Shown here one piece after another: positions 1 through 8,203 of a stretch of 64,000 bases of DNA. The position numbers were made by a program, and so were the translations under genes. The notes beneath the pieces were generated by a model. The model did no database searches. It had not been told where the DNA came from and saw only the letters and a program-made list of their open reading frames with translations. This stretch comes from Myxococcota bacterium (GTDB lineage: Bacteria; Myxococcota_A; UBA9042; PHBI01; JAWLBL01). The stretch's first letter is position 1. Each line of letters begins with the position of its first letter. The DNA lies in the NCBI GenBank assembly GCA_041687695.1, contig JAWLBL010000006.1, positions 1 to 64,000 of the forward strand, given 5' to 3'.

Positions 1-113
1 AGCTTGCTGCGCCGGGTTTGCGGCCAGATCCCGGCGGCAAGCCGCCGGGGCCGGGGCTCCGGCAAGCCGGAGCACTCCAGGGCCGCCTGCGCCGGCATCG
101 ATACGACACCCTC
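1..113. mobile_element. Partial copy (right part) of 172-bp MITE-like element
   Basis: Matches 230-342; ends in TACGACACCCTC (102-113) followed by TGGAA; truncated by the window start. Confidence 0.65.
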
Positions 114-170
114 TGGAAGCCGGCGATCCCAGGCGGGTGCGGGGGGTGGGGGCGGAAGGGCCGACTGGAA

Positions 171-342
171 GAGGGTGTCGTAGAAGATCGACCGGAGTGC
201 TCCACCTTGGTGGAGCCCCCATCCGGCGCAGCTTGCTGCGCCGGGTTTGCGGCCAGATCCCGGCGGCAAGCCGCCGGGGCCGGGGCTCCGGCAAGCCGGA
301 GCACTCCAGGGCCGCCTGCGCCGGCATCGATACGACACCCTC
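171..342. mobile_element. Non-autonomous MITE-like element with 12-bp terminal inverted repeats and 5-bp target duplication
   Basis: GAGGGTGTCGTA (171-182) is the reverse complement of TACGACACCCTC (331-342); TGGAA flanks both sides (166-170, 343-347); four internal hairpins; no transposase. Confidence 0.7.
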
Positions 343-388
343 TGGAAGCCGGCGATCCCAGGCGGGTGCTGGGGGTGGGGGCGGAAGG

Positions 389-412
389 GCCGGCTGGAAG
401 CCGGCGATCCCA
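389..412. repeat. REP-like palindrome GCCGGCTGGAAGCCGGCGATCCCA (uninterrupted copy)
   Basis: GCCGGC-TGGAA-GCCGGC hairpin; the same right half follows each MITE copy (114-131, 343-360). Confidence 0.7.
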
Positions 413-444
413 GTGCGGCGGGTGCTGGGGACGGGCGGGCCGGG

Positions 445-1836
445 TCAGGCGGCGTCGCGGGCGGCGGTGGGCATGCGGCCGGACAGGAGCTTGCGGACGA
501 CGGCGAGGCCCTCGCTGCGGTAGCGCCAGGCGAAGTCGGCGAGATCCTTGTAGCGGCCGTTGGCCAGGAAGACCTTCACGTAGCCGATGAGCTGGAGCAG
601 CTCGAGCTGGCGGCGCGAGAGGTGCTCGAAGGCCAGGGAGTGGCCGATCTGGTTGATGTAGTCGTTCCAGTCGGTCGACAGCAGGCGATAGCCGCCCTCG
701 CCGCGGGCGGCCAGCTCGGCGACCCGCGTGCCCGGGTAGGGGACCATGGTCGAGAAGATCGGGACGTCGGGGTCGAGGTCGACGGCGAAGTCGATGGTGC
801 GCATCGCCGTCTCCCAGGTCTCGTCCGGGTGGCCCAGGATGAACAGGCCCTCGACGGGGAGCTGGGCGGCGGCGGCCATCTTGCGGGCGGCGATGACCTT
901 GTCGCGCGTGATGCCCTTCCTCATGGCCTTCATGGCCAGCGCGTCGCCCGTCTCGATGCCGAGGCCCACCCGGATGCAGCCGGCGGCCTTCATCTTGGCA
1001 AACAGCTCGCGGGTGACGCAGTTGACGTGGGTCTGGGCCCACCAGCGGATCCTGCGGCCCAGGCCGGCGGCGATCATCGCGTCGAGCAGGCGGTGGGTGC
1101 GCTCCTGGTCGACGGTGAAGATCTCGTCGCAGATGGTGATCTCGTAGGGCGCCCAGCGGTCGGCCAGCATCGTCAGCTCGGCGACGACGGCCTCGGCGGA
1201 GCGCTGGCGGACCAGGCGGCCGTTGGGGTTTTGGCAGAAGCTGCACTGGTAGGGGCAGCCGCGCTGGGTCATGACCAGAAAGCGCCGGCCGGGCGGCAGC
1301 AGATCCCAGGCGGGCGGCGGCAGGTCGTCCAGGGCGCCCACGGTGGCGCGCGGGCGTGTGCAGCGGGGGCGGCCGTCGGGGCGGTGAACCAGGCCGGCGA
1401 CCGGATCGAGGCGGTCGCCGCGGGCCAGGGTGTGGACCAGCTCGGCCAGGGTGTGCTCGCCCTCGCCGACGACGCCGATGTCGAAGGCGGGGAACTCGTC
1501 GAGGGTGCGCGCGGGCAGGGCCGACAGGTGCGGGCCGCCGACGACGGTGTGGATGGCGGGCGACAGGCGCTTGAGGGCCTCGGCGACGCGCGCGGCCGGC
1601 TTGATCTCGTTGGTGAAGGCGGTCAGGCCCACCACGTCGGGGCGGAAGCGGCGGGCGCGCTCGACGATGGCGCGCGTGTCGAGGCGCTCGAACTTGGCGT
1701 CGACGATCTGGACCTGGACCGCGGGGTCGAGGCGCAGGCGCGCGGCGAGGCAGGCGAGCCCGAGGCGCGTGAAGTCGGGGGTGTCGTACTGGTCGACGCG
1801 CAGGTGGGGGGGCGGGTTGACGAGCAGGACCTTCAT
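445..1836 (-). CDS. Cobalamin-binding radical SAM protein (class B type)
   Basis: Starts MKVLLVNPP; B12-binding N-domain (PDVVGLTA, VVGGPH); RGCPYQCSFC CxxxCxxC motif; GIETG; ATGA overlap with the upstream gene. Confidence 0.9.
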   Translation of the reverse strand: MKVLLVNPPPHLRVDQYDTPDFTRLGLACLAARLRLDPAVQVQIVDAKFERLDTRAIVERARRFRPDVVGLTAFTNEIKPAARVAEALKRLSPAIHTVVGGPHLSALPARTLDEFPAFDIGVVGEGEHTLAELVHTLARGDRLDPVAGLVHRPDGRPRCTRPRATVGALDDLPPPAWDLLPPGRRFLVMTQRGCPYQCSFCQNPNGRLVRQRSAEAVVAELTMLADRWAPYEITICDEIFTVDQERTHRLLDAMIAAGLGRRIRWWAQTHVNCVTRELFAKMKAAGCIRVGLGIETGDALAMKAMRKGITRDKVIAARKMAAAAQLPVEGLFILGHPDETWETAMRTIDFAVDLDPDVPIFSTMVPYPGTRVAELAARGEGGYRLLSTDWNDYINQIGHSLAFEHLSRRQLELLQLIGYVKVFLANGRYKDLADFAWRYRSEGLAVVRKLLSGRMPTAARDAA

Positions 1837-2942
1837 GGGGCGCCCTCGGTGGACCGCTGGCGCCACCAGCGGCCGGCCAGCTGCACCAGGCGGCGGGCGG
1901 TCTGGGTGGTGGCGGCGAGCGGGGCGCCCGCCAGGGCCGGGTAGGCCTCGCAGGGGGTGAAGCAGCCGCCGCAGGCCAGGCGCTCGATGTCGGCGCGGGC
2001 CTCCTTGACGTGCGGGGCGGCCCACAGGTCGGCGAAGGCGGTCTGGCGGACGTTGCCCAGCGGGCGGTCGTAGACGTGGCAGGGGTAGACGTCGCCCTCG
2101 GGCGAGATGAAGCAGGTGCTGCGCAGGGCCTGGCAGGTGATGCCGGTGGGCTCGCCGCGGCGGTAGGCGTCCAGGTTGACCAGAAAGCCCAGCTCCATCA
2201 GGTCGACCGCCGAGCGGGGCAGGCCCCGGCGGGCCAGGTGCTGGCGGACGAGGTCGCCGGGGGCGGCCCGGGTCCAGGCGCCGAGGTGGCCGTTGCCGAA
2301 GAAGTGCTCGGAGGCCTGAAACCAGTTCCAGTGCCACTCGCTGGGGCGGAAGTCGGGGAGCTCGGCCCTCAGGGTGGCCTCGAGGGCGGGCAGGTGGGGC
2401 TCGCTCTCGGGCGTGACGGTGGTGCCGACGTAGACCTCGACGTCGTCGAGTCGGCGCAAGGCGCGGAAGGTCGACAGGGCGCGGTCGAAGGCGCCGTCGC
2501 GGCCGCGGACGCGGTCGTGGACCTCGCGCGGGCCGTCCAGGCTGACGGTGACGACCAGGGCGACCTCGGGGCGGCGCTGGCGGACGCGGCGGGCGACGTC
2601 CAGGATGCGGCGCTCGAACCAGCCGTTGGTCGGGAAGTGCAGCACGCGCAGGGCCGGGGCGTGGTCCAGGACGGCGTCGAAGACGGCCTCGGCGTCCTTG
2701 CGCAAGAAGGGCTCGCCGCCGGTGAGGTCGAGCCAGGTCAGGCGCGGGAGCTGGCCGAGGGTGGCGGCGATCTCGGCCGGGGTCAGCTCGTGGCCGGCCG
2801 GCAGCTCCCAGGTGTGACACATCACGCAGCGGAGGTTGCAGCGGCGCGTCAGGCTCATCACGACGCGGTTGGGGGTCGTGGGGCGGCGCACCCACGTCTC
2901 CATCAGGCGCAGGACGACCTCGGGGCGGGCGACGCCGGGCAT
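1833..2942 (-). CDS. Radical SAM protein with SPASM/twitch domain
   Basis: CNLRCVMC, LTGGEPFLR, VSLDG; C-terminal C...ISPEGDVYPC...LGNV...CGGC auxiliary cluster motif. Confidence 0.9.
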   Translation of the reverse strand: MPGVARPEVVLRLMETWVRRPTTPNRVVMSLTRRCNLRCVMCHTWELPAGHELTPAEIAATLGQLPRLTWLDLTGGEPFLRKDAEAVFDAVLDHAPALRVLHFPTNGWFERRILDVARRVRQRRPEVALVVTVSLDGPREVHDRVRGRDGAFDRALSTFRALRRLDDVEVYVGTTVTPESEPHLPALEATLRAELPDFRPSEWHWNWFQASEHFFGNGHLGAWTRAAPGDLVRQHLARRGLPRSAVDLMELGFLVNLDAYRRGEPTGITCQALRSTCFISPEGDVYPCHVYDRPLGNVRQTAFADLWAAPHVKEARADIERLACGGCFTPCEAYPALAGAPLAATTQTARRLVQLAGRWWRQRSTEGAP

Positions 2943-4540
2943 CAGGCCTCTCCGGCGGCGAGCGGGCGCGGCGCGGCGGCGAGGCCGGTCGGGGGCAGCC
3001 AGCGGAGCGGGCGCGGGGCCTGGGGGGCGTGGCCGGCGAGGAGGCCGGTCAGCTCGCGGCGCAGGTGGTGGGCGTAGTGCTTGGCGTAGATGAAGGTCTC
3101 TTCGTCGCGGCGGACGGCGGCGTTGACGAGGTCGAAGGCGAAGCCGACGGCGTTGGCGAGCGGGGCGGGCAGGTTCGGGACGTGCTCGGCGCGGGCGCGC
3201 TCGCGCAGGCGGCGGGGGAGCAGGGGCAGGGCGCGAAAGAGGACCTCGTAGCGGCGGTACAGGGCGGCGCGCTCGGCCGAGACGTCCTTGCCCAGGTGGA
3301 CGTGGTGGAAGGTGCGGGCCTCGCCGCGGGCGATGGCGTCGACGTCGGCCTGGGTGAGGGCGCCGCTGGCGACGCCGTCGCGGATGATGTCGGTGCCGGG
3401 GAGGTAGGAGAGCCAGTAGGTGTTGACGTGCGCCGGGGTGTGGCGGGCGTAGAGCTCGAGCGAGCGGGCCTGCGCGTCTATGGGCTCGCCGGGCAGGCCG
3501 AACATGTGGTCGAGCTTGACCTCGAGGCCGGCGTCGTACAGGGCCTCGAGGGCGCGGGCGACGTGGTCCTCGCGCTCGTGGCGCAGCATGCGGCGCTTCT
3601 GGTCGGGGTCCATGGTCTGGATGCCCATCTGGACGCGCGCGCAGCCGGCGTCCGCCAGCCAGCGGGCGACGTCGCGGTCGACGAAGCGGGCGTGCACCAG
3701 ACACGAGAAGGGGACGGCTATTTCGCGGGCGTAGCGGCCCAGCAGCGCGCCGACCCAGGCCTTGTCGGCGGTCAGGACGTCGTCCGAGAACTCGACGTAG
3801 CGCAAGCCGTAGCGCCGCTTCATCTCGTGCAGCTCGGCCAGGACGTGGTCGACGCCGCGCAGGCGCAGGTACTTGCCGCCGGCGGGGCCGGCGAGGCGGG
3901 CGAAGTAGTTGTTGAAGCAGAATGTGCAGCGGTAGGGGCAGCCGCGGCTGGCCATGGTCAGGTAGCTGTTGCGGATGACGGTCGCGTCCTCCCACAGCGC
4001 CTTGTCCCACAGGGGCAGGGCGTCGAGGTCGGCGATGAAGGGGCGGGCGGGGCCGCGGACCAGCACGCCGTCGTCGCCGCGCCACCACAGGTTGCCGATG
4101 GGGGCGCGGGGGCGCCGGGCGCCGCCGGCGAGGGCTTCACACAGGGCGACGATGGCCTCCTCGCCTTCGCCGACGCAGACGTAGTCGACGACGCCGCTCT
4201 CGAGGCAGACCTCGGGCACGGCCGAGGCGTGGACGCCGCCGAAGATGACGGGCACGTCCAGGCGCGCCTTGACGCGGCGGGCGATGTCCAGCGCCCAGGT
4301 GTAGGTGAAGGTCAGCGGGCTGAAGGCGACCAGATCGGGGCGGGCGCCGACGATCTCGGCCACCAGGCGCTCGTCGCGCTCGAACAGCCGCCCGAGCAGG
4401 GGCACGTCGAAGTAGTAGCGGTCCTGAAAGAGCGACGGCGCGAAGGCGAGCGCCGTCTCGTGGCCCGCCGCGCGCAGCACCGCCGAGAGCATCGCGATGC
4501 CCAGCTGCTCCTGCGCGAAGCCGACGAAGACGACCTTCAC
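2942..4540 (-). CDS. Cobalamin-binding radical SAM protein (class B type)
   Basis: GTG start; LGIAMLSAVL, IFGGVHAS, VCVGEGE, SRGCPYRCTFC; start chosen from the domain boundary. Confidence 0.88.
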   Translation of the reverse strand: MKVVFVGFAQEQLGIAMLSAVLRAAGHETALAFAPSLFQDRYYFDVPLLGRLFERDERLVAEIVGARPDLVAFSPLTFTYTWALDIARRVKARLDVPVIFGGVHASAVPEVCLESGVVDYVCVGEGEEAIVALCEALAGGARRPRAPIGNLWWRGDDGVLVRGPARPFIADLDALPLWDKALWEDATVIRNSYLTMASRGCPYRCTFCFNNYFARLAGPAGGKYLRLRGVDHVLAELHEMKRRYGLRYVEFSDDVLTADKAWVGALLGRYAREIAVPFSCLVHARFVDRDVARWLADAGCARVQMGIQTMDPDQKRRMLRHEREDHVARALEALYDAGLEVKLDHMFGLPGEPIDAQARSLELYARHTPAHVNTYWLSYLPGTDIIRDGVASGALTQADVDAIARGEARTFHHVHLGKDVSAERAALYRRYEVLFRALPLLPRRLRERARAEHVPNLPAPLANAVGFAFDLVNAAVRRDEETFIYAKHYAHHLRRELTGLLAGHAPQAPRPLRWLPPTGLAAAPRPLAAGEA

Positions 4541-4618
4541 CCTGCCCCCGATGCGCGCCCCGCCCGCTGCTACGGACGCCGAAACCCTTATAGCGCACGG
4601 GGTTCGGTGGAGGCCACC

Positions 4619-4648
4619 TTGACGCGGCCGGCGAGGCTCCCTTACGTT
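4619..4648 (+). promoter_or_regulatory. Putative sigma70-type promoter (TTGACG-18-TACGTT), possibly giving a leaderless mRNA
   Basis: Consensus-like boxes; the -10 ends 7 nt before ATG 4656, which has no obvious RBS. Confidence 0.4.
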
Positions 4649-4655
4649 CCGCCCG

Positions 4656-5717
4656 ATGGAACGCGCACACATCTCTCGGGGGGCACGAGGGGGTGCCGAG
4701 GCGGCCCCGGGAGCGCCGGGCGAGGCGCACCTGCGGCTCGACCCGCTGCTGGCTTGGCTGGCCTCGCCGGCCGTCGTGCGCGAGGGTGGCGTGGTCCTGT
4801 CGTGGGACGGCCCGCGCGGCAACGGCTACCCGTACCCCGAGGCGGCGGCCCTGTGGCTGTCGCTGGCCTGCGGCGAGCCGCTCGCCCGGGCCGCCTTCGC
4901 GCCGGCCCAGGTCGACGCCGTGGCCGGCTGGCTGTGCGACGAGGTCGATCGCCACGGCGCCGCCGCCCGCCATGGACGTCGCTACGTGTTCGACTCGGGC
5001 ATCGCGCTGAGCGCCCTGGTCGCCTACGAGGCCGGCGGCGGCGTGGTCCCCGTGCGCGCCACCGCCCAGACGCTGGCGGGCTTCGTCACCCAGGGCGTCG
5101 CCACGCGCCGCGCCGTGCTGCCGGTCAACGTCGAGCCCGCGACCCACTGGTCGAACGCCTGGAGCGCCCACCTGGTCAAGGCCGCCATGGCGCTGCACCG
5201 CTGGGCCGACCACGCCGGCGACGCGGGCGCGCGCGAGGCCGCGGCCGAGCTGGTGGAGAGCGTCCTGCCGCTGTGGGACGGCGAGCGCTTCCGCGTGACC
5301 GAGGACGGGCCGCTGTCGTACCTGCACGCGACCCTGTACGGCTTCGAGGGGCTGAGCTGGCTGACCGCTCAGGGCCTCGGCGCCTGGGGCGACGTCGTGG
5401 CGCGCGGCGCCGCCTTCGCGGCGGGCCTGCAGACGCCCGCGGGGGGCGTGCCGCCCTTCTTCGACGGCGCCCAGGCCTGGGGGGACCCGCGCGCCGACGT
5501 CGCCGCGCAGGCCGTCCGCCTGTGGGTCGCGACCGACGCCGCGGGCTGGGACGCTGCCATCGACCGGGCCCTGAGCTTTCTGGGAGGGCTGCAGACCCCC
5601 GAGGGCGGGGTGCGCTACGAGGCGAGCTCGGCCGACGTGAACACCTGGGCCAGCCTGTTCGCCGCGCAGGCCCTGCTCTGGCGGGCCTCGGGCGCGACCG
5701 TCGCCACGCTGTTCTGA
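4656..5717 (+). CDS. Alpha/alpha-toroid protein (prenyltransferase/squalene-oxidase-repeat or six-hairpin-like), function unknown
   Basis: YPYPEAAA, FDSGIALSAL, YLHATLYGFEGL, two LQTPxGGV QW-like repeats, NTWASLFAAQAL. Confidence 0.6.
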   Translation: MERAHISRGARGGAEAAPGAPGEAHLRLDPLLAWLASPAVVREGGVVLSWDGPRGNGYPYPEAAALWLSLACGEPLARAAFAPAQVDAVAGWLCDEVDRHGAAARHGRRYVFDSGIALSALVAYEAGGGVVPVRATAQTLAGFVTQGVATRRAVLPVNVEPATHWSNAWSAHLVKAAMALHRWADHAGDAGAREAAAELVESVLPLWDGERFRVTEDGPLSYLHATLYGFEGLSWLTAQGLGAWGDVVARGAAFAAGLQTPAGGVPPFFDGAQAWGDPRADVAAQAVRLWVATDAAGWDAAIDRALSFLGGLQTPEGGVRYEASSADVNTWASLFAAQALLWRASGATVATLF

Positions 5718-5730
5718 GCGCGCCGGGGTC

Positions 5731-6942
5731 TCAGGCGGCGTCGAAGGCGGCCAGCGCGTCGACCAGGCGCTGCGTGTCGCGCAGGTCGGCCAGCGAACGC
5801 ACCGGCAGGTAGACACCCTCGCGGGCCAGGCGCGCGGCCACCGGCAGCCGCGCCGGGGCGGCGGCCGGGCTCAGGTAGTCGCGGCGCGTGTCGAAGCCGG
5901 CGGCCAGCAGGTGGCGGCGCAGGGCCTCGGGTTCGGGCGTGCGCACGACCAGGTTCAGCCAGGTGGCCTGGCGGTCGCGATCGAGCGGCGGCAGCTCGAG
6001 GCGACGCCAGCGGCGCGCGCCGACGATGGCCTCGGCCGCGGCGCGGCGCGCGGCGATCTGCCCGGCCACGTGTGGCAGGTGGCGCAGGGCGACGTCGGCG
6101 AAGGGCGGGGCCAGGGCGCGCGCGAGGTGCTCGGGCGGCGGAGGCGGGGCGTGCGGCTCGACCATGACGCGCTCGATGGGGTCGGCGCCCAGGGCGCGGG
6201 CCAGCCGGTTGGGCGCGTGGACCAGCGCCGCGTAGGGGCCGCGGGTCATCAGGACCTTGCCGACCAGGGCGCCGCCCAGCGTCGCGGCCACGTCGCGGCG
6301 GGACGGCTCGGGCAGCTCGGCCTCCCAGGCCTCGAGGCCAGGCGCCGCCTGGGCGTCGGCGCTGACGAGGACGCCACCGCCGCCGCCGACCAGCCCCTTG
6401 GTCAGGCTGAGGCTGAAGACGCCCCCGGCCCCGAACAGGCCCACGGAGCGGCCGCCCCACCGGGCGCCGAAGGCGTGGGCCGCGTCCTCGATGAGGGTCA
6501 GCCCGCGTTCGGCGGCCAAGTGGGTCCAGGCGTCCATGGTCGCCGGCCGCCCGAAGTGGTGCGAGACGAGCAGGCCCCGCGTGCGCGAGGTGATGAGGCG
6601 CGCCACGGCCTCGGGCGACGGCTCGCCGGTGGTGTCGGCCGCGTCCGCGAAGACCGGCACCAGTCCGCACAACCGCGCCATGTCCGGGACGGCGAAGAAG
6701 TTGTAGCCCCACATGACGACCTCGGCGCCCGGGTGGCGGGCGGCGAGGTCGGCCAAGAGGCGCCACAGGCCAACGCGCGCCGAGCCGAGCAGGAGCACGG
6801 TCGGCGCGTCCAGCCAGGTCCGCAGGGCCGCCCGCAGGGCCTGCCGCGTCCCCTCGCCGGGGCGCCCACGCAGGCCGCCCGCCAGGCCGCGCAGGAGATC
6901 GCGGGCCGGGACGGTCAGGGTCTCTCGGGGGTGAGGCCTCAT
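5731..6942 (-). CDS. DegT/DnrJ/EryC1/StrS family PLP aminotransferase
   Basis: HHFGRPA, LIEDAAHAFGA, FSLSLTKGL (PLP lysine), GGGG. Confidence 0.88.
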   Translation of the reverse strand: MRPHPRETLTVPARDLLRGLAGGLRGRPGEGTRQALRAALRTWLDAPTVLLLGSARVGLWRLLADLAARHPGAEVVMWGYNFFAVPDMARLCGLVPVFADAADTTGEPSPEAVARLITSRTRGLLVSHHFGRPATMDAWTHLAAERGLTLIEDAAHAFGARWGGRSVGLFGAGGVFSLSLTKGLVGGGGGVLVSADAQAAPGLEAWEAELPEPSRRDVAATLGGALVGKVLMTRGPYAALVHAPNRLARALGADPIERVMVEPHAPPPPPEHLARALAPPFADVALRHLPHVAGQIAARRAAAEAIVGARRWRRLELPPLDRDRQATWLNLVVRTPEPEALRRHLLAAGFDTRRDYLSPAAAPARLPVAARLAREGVYLPVRSLADLRDTQRLVDALAAFDAA

Positions 6943-6955
6943 GCGCCCAGGCCGG

Positions 6956-8125
6956 TCAACGACAACGCTGGAACTTCTTGACGGTCGCGGGGGCGCACGG
7001 CAGGGCGATCTTGCAGTCGAAGACCCATTGGCCTGACTCACCGCAGGCGGGCGCCGCGCTCTCCCATCCTTGCGGGCTGGCGCTGCACAGTCCGCCCGAA
7101 AGCGCGGCGCACTTGCCGATGGCGGTCAGCTCCTGCACGGCGCCGTCGACGCAGTCGTAGTCGAAGCTGCCACACGCGCTCTGCTGTTCGAACCACGCCT
7201 TCTGGCCCGGGAAGACGTTGGCGTCCGAGTCGCAGCAGTCCCCCGTCTTGGTCGCCGTGTACTGGCCGAAGGGCGCGCACGACAGGACCGAGTCCGTGGG
7301 GTGACCCCAGCCGTCGCCGTCCTGATCGCGGAAGTAGTACTTGGCGTCCAGCGCCAGCTCGGGCGGGTCGATCTTGCCGTCGCAGTCGTCGTCGACCTGG
7401 TTGCACACCTCGTCGGCCTGGGGGTGTACGGCGACCTCCTCGTCGTTGCAGTCGCCCCCGACCTCGGCGCGCCAGAAGTCCTCGGGCGCGCACAGGCAGC
7501 GCGACTCCACGCCGTCGGGCCCCTCGTCGAGGCCGTAGCCGTCGCCGTCGAAGTCCCAGAAGTACTCGGCGCACCCGTCGGCGTCGGCCTCGTCGGTCAG
7601 CCCGTCGCAGTCGTCGTCGAGGCCGTTGCAGGCCTCCTCGCCCGTGGGCTCGCACGTGGGCGGGACGTCCCCGTCCGCGTCGTTGGCGTCGCCGGGTCCG
7701 CCCGCGTCGTCGGGCACGTCCGGCCCGGCCCCGTCGTCGGAGACGTCCTCGAACACCTCGTCCGGTGCGTCCGCCGCCACGTCCTCGAGCACCTCGCCGC
7801 CCTCGTCCGGCGGCACGTCCTCGAGCACCTCGGCCACGGTCTCCGGCCCCGCGTCCAGCGCGTCGTCGCCCATGACGTCCGCATCGCCGCCGCCGCCGTC
7901 GGCGACCTCGTTGCCGTCGACGTCGGCGTTCTCGACGACGTCCTGACCCGCGTCGTCGCCCTTGGCGTCCTGGCCCGGCGCGTCGGCTCCCAGACCGTCG
8001 CGGCCGGTGTCGTCGGTGGTGACGGGCTCCTGAGCCACGGACAGGCAGCCGCCGAGCGCTCCGGCGCCGATGAGGGCCACGACCGCGCCCCATCGCGTCC
8101 ACGTTCGTTCGATCCCGCGTCGCAT
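6956..8125 (-). CDS. Lipoprotein with acidic linker and repeated putative metal-binding (MopE-like) Cys/Asp motifs
   Basis: Lipobox LGGC; EACNGLDDDCDG, DCNDEEVAVHPQADEVCNQVDDDCDG, DxDGDG[YW]G repeats; start uncertain. Confidence 0.8.
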   Translation of the reverse strand: MRRGIERTWTRWGAVVALIGAGALGGCLSVAQEPVTTDDTGRDGLGADAPGQDAKGDDAGQDVVENADVDGNEVADGGGGDADVMGDDALDAGPETVAEVLEDVPPDEGGEVLEDVAADAPDEVFEDVSDDGAGPDVPDDAGGPGDANDADGDVPPTCEPTGEEACNGLDDDCDGLTDEADADGCAEYFWDFDGDGYGLDEGPDGVESRCLCAPEDFWRAEVGGDCNDEEVAVHPQADEVCNQVDDDCDGKIDPPELALDAKYYFRDQDGDGWGHPTDSVLSCAPFGQYTATKTGDCCDSDANVFPGQKAWFEQQSACGSFDYDCVDGAVQELTAIGKCAALSGGLCSASPQGWESAAPACGESGQWVFDCKIALPCAPATVKKFQRCR

Positions 8126-8203
8126 CCGCTGCCCCCGTGTCAATTGGCACGGGATCCTACCGGAACGGCGCGGCCCGGGCCAAGCGCGACCGCGCCGGCC
8201 CGG

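Noticed and set aside
1..412. CRISPR array
   Set aside because: The period is 229 bp and the intervening sequence is near-identical rather than unique spacers; no cas genes are present.
18..1944. ORFs 18..590 and 247..1944 with identical N-termini
   Set aside because: They result from the DNA repeat and from antisense reading of the radical SAM gene.
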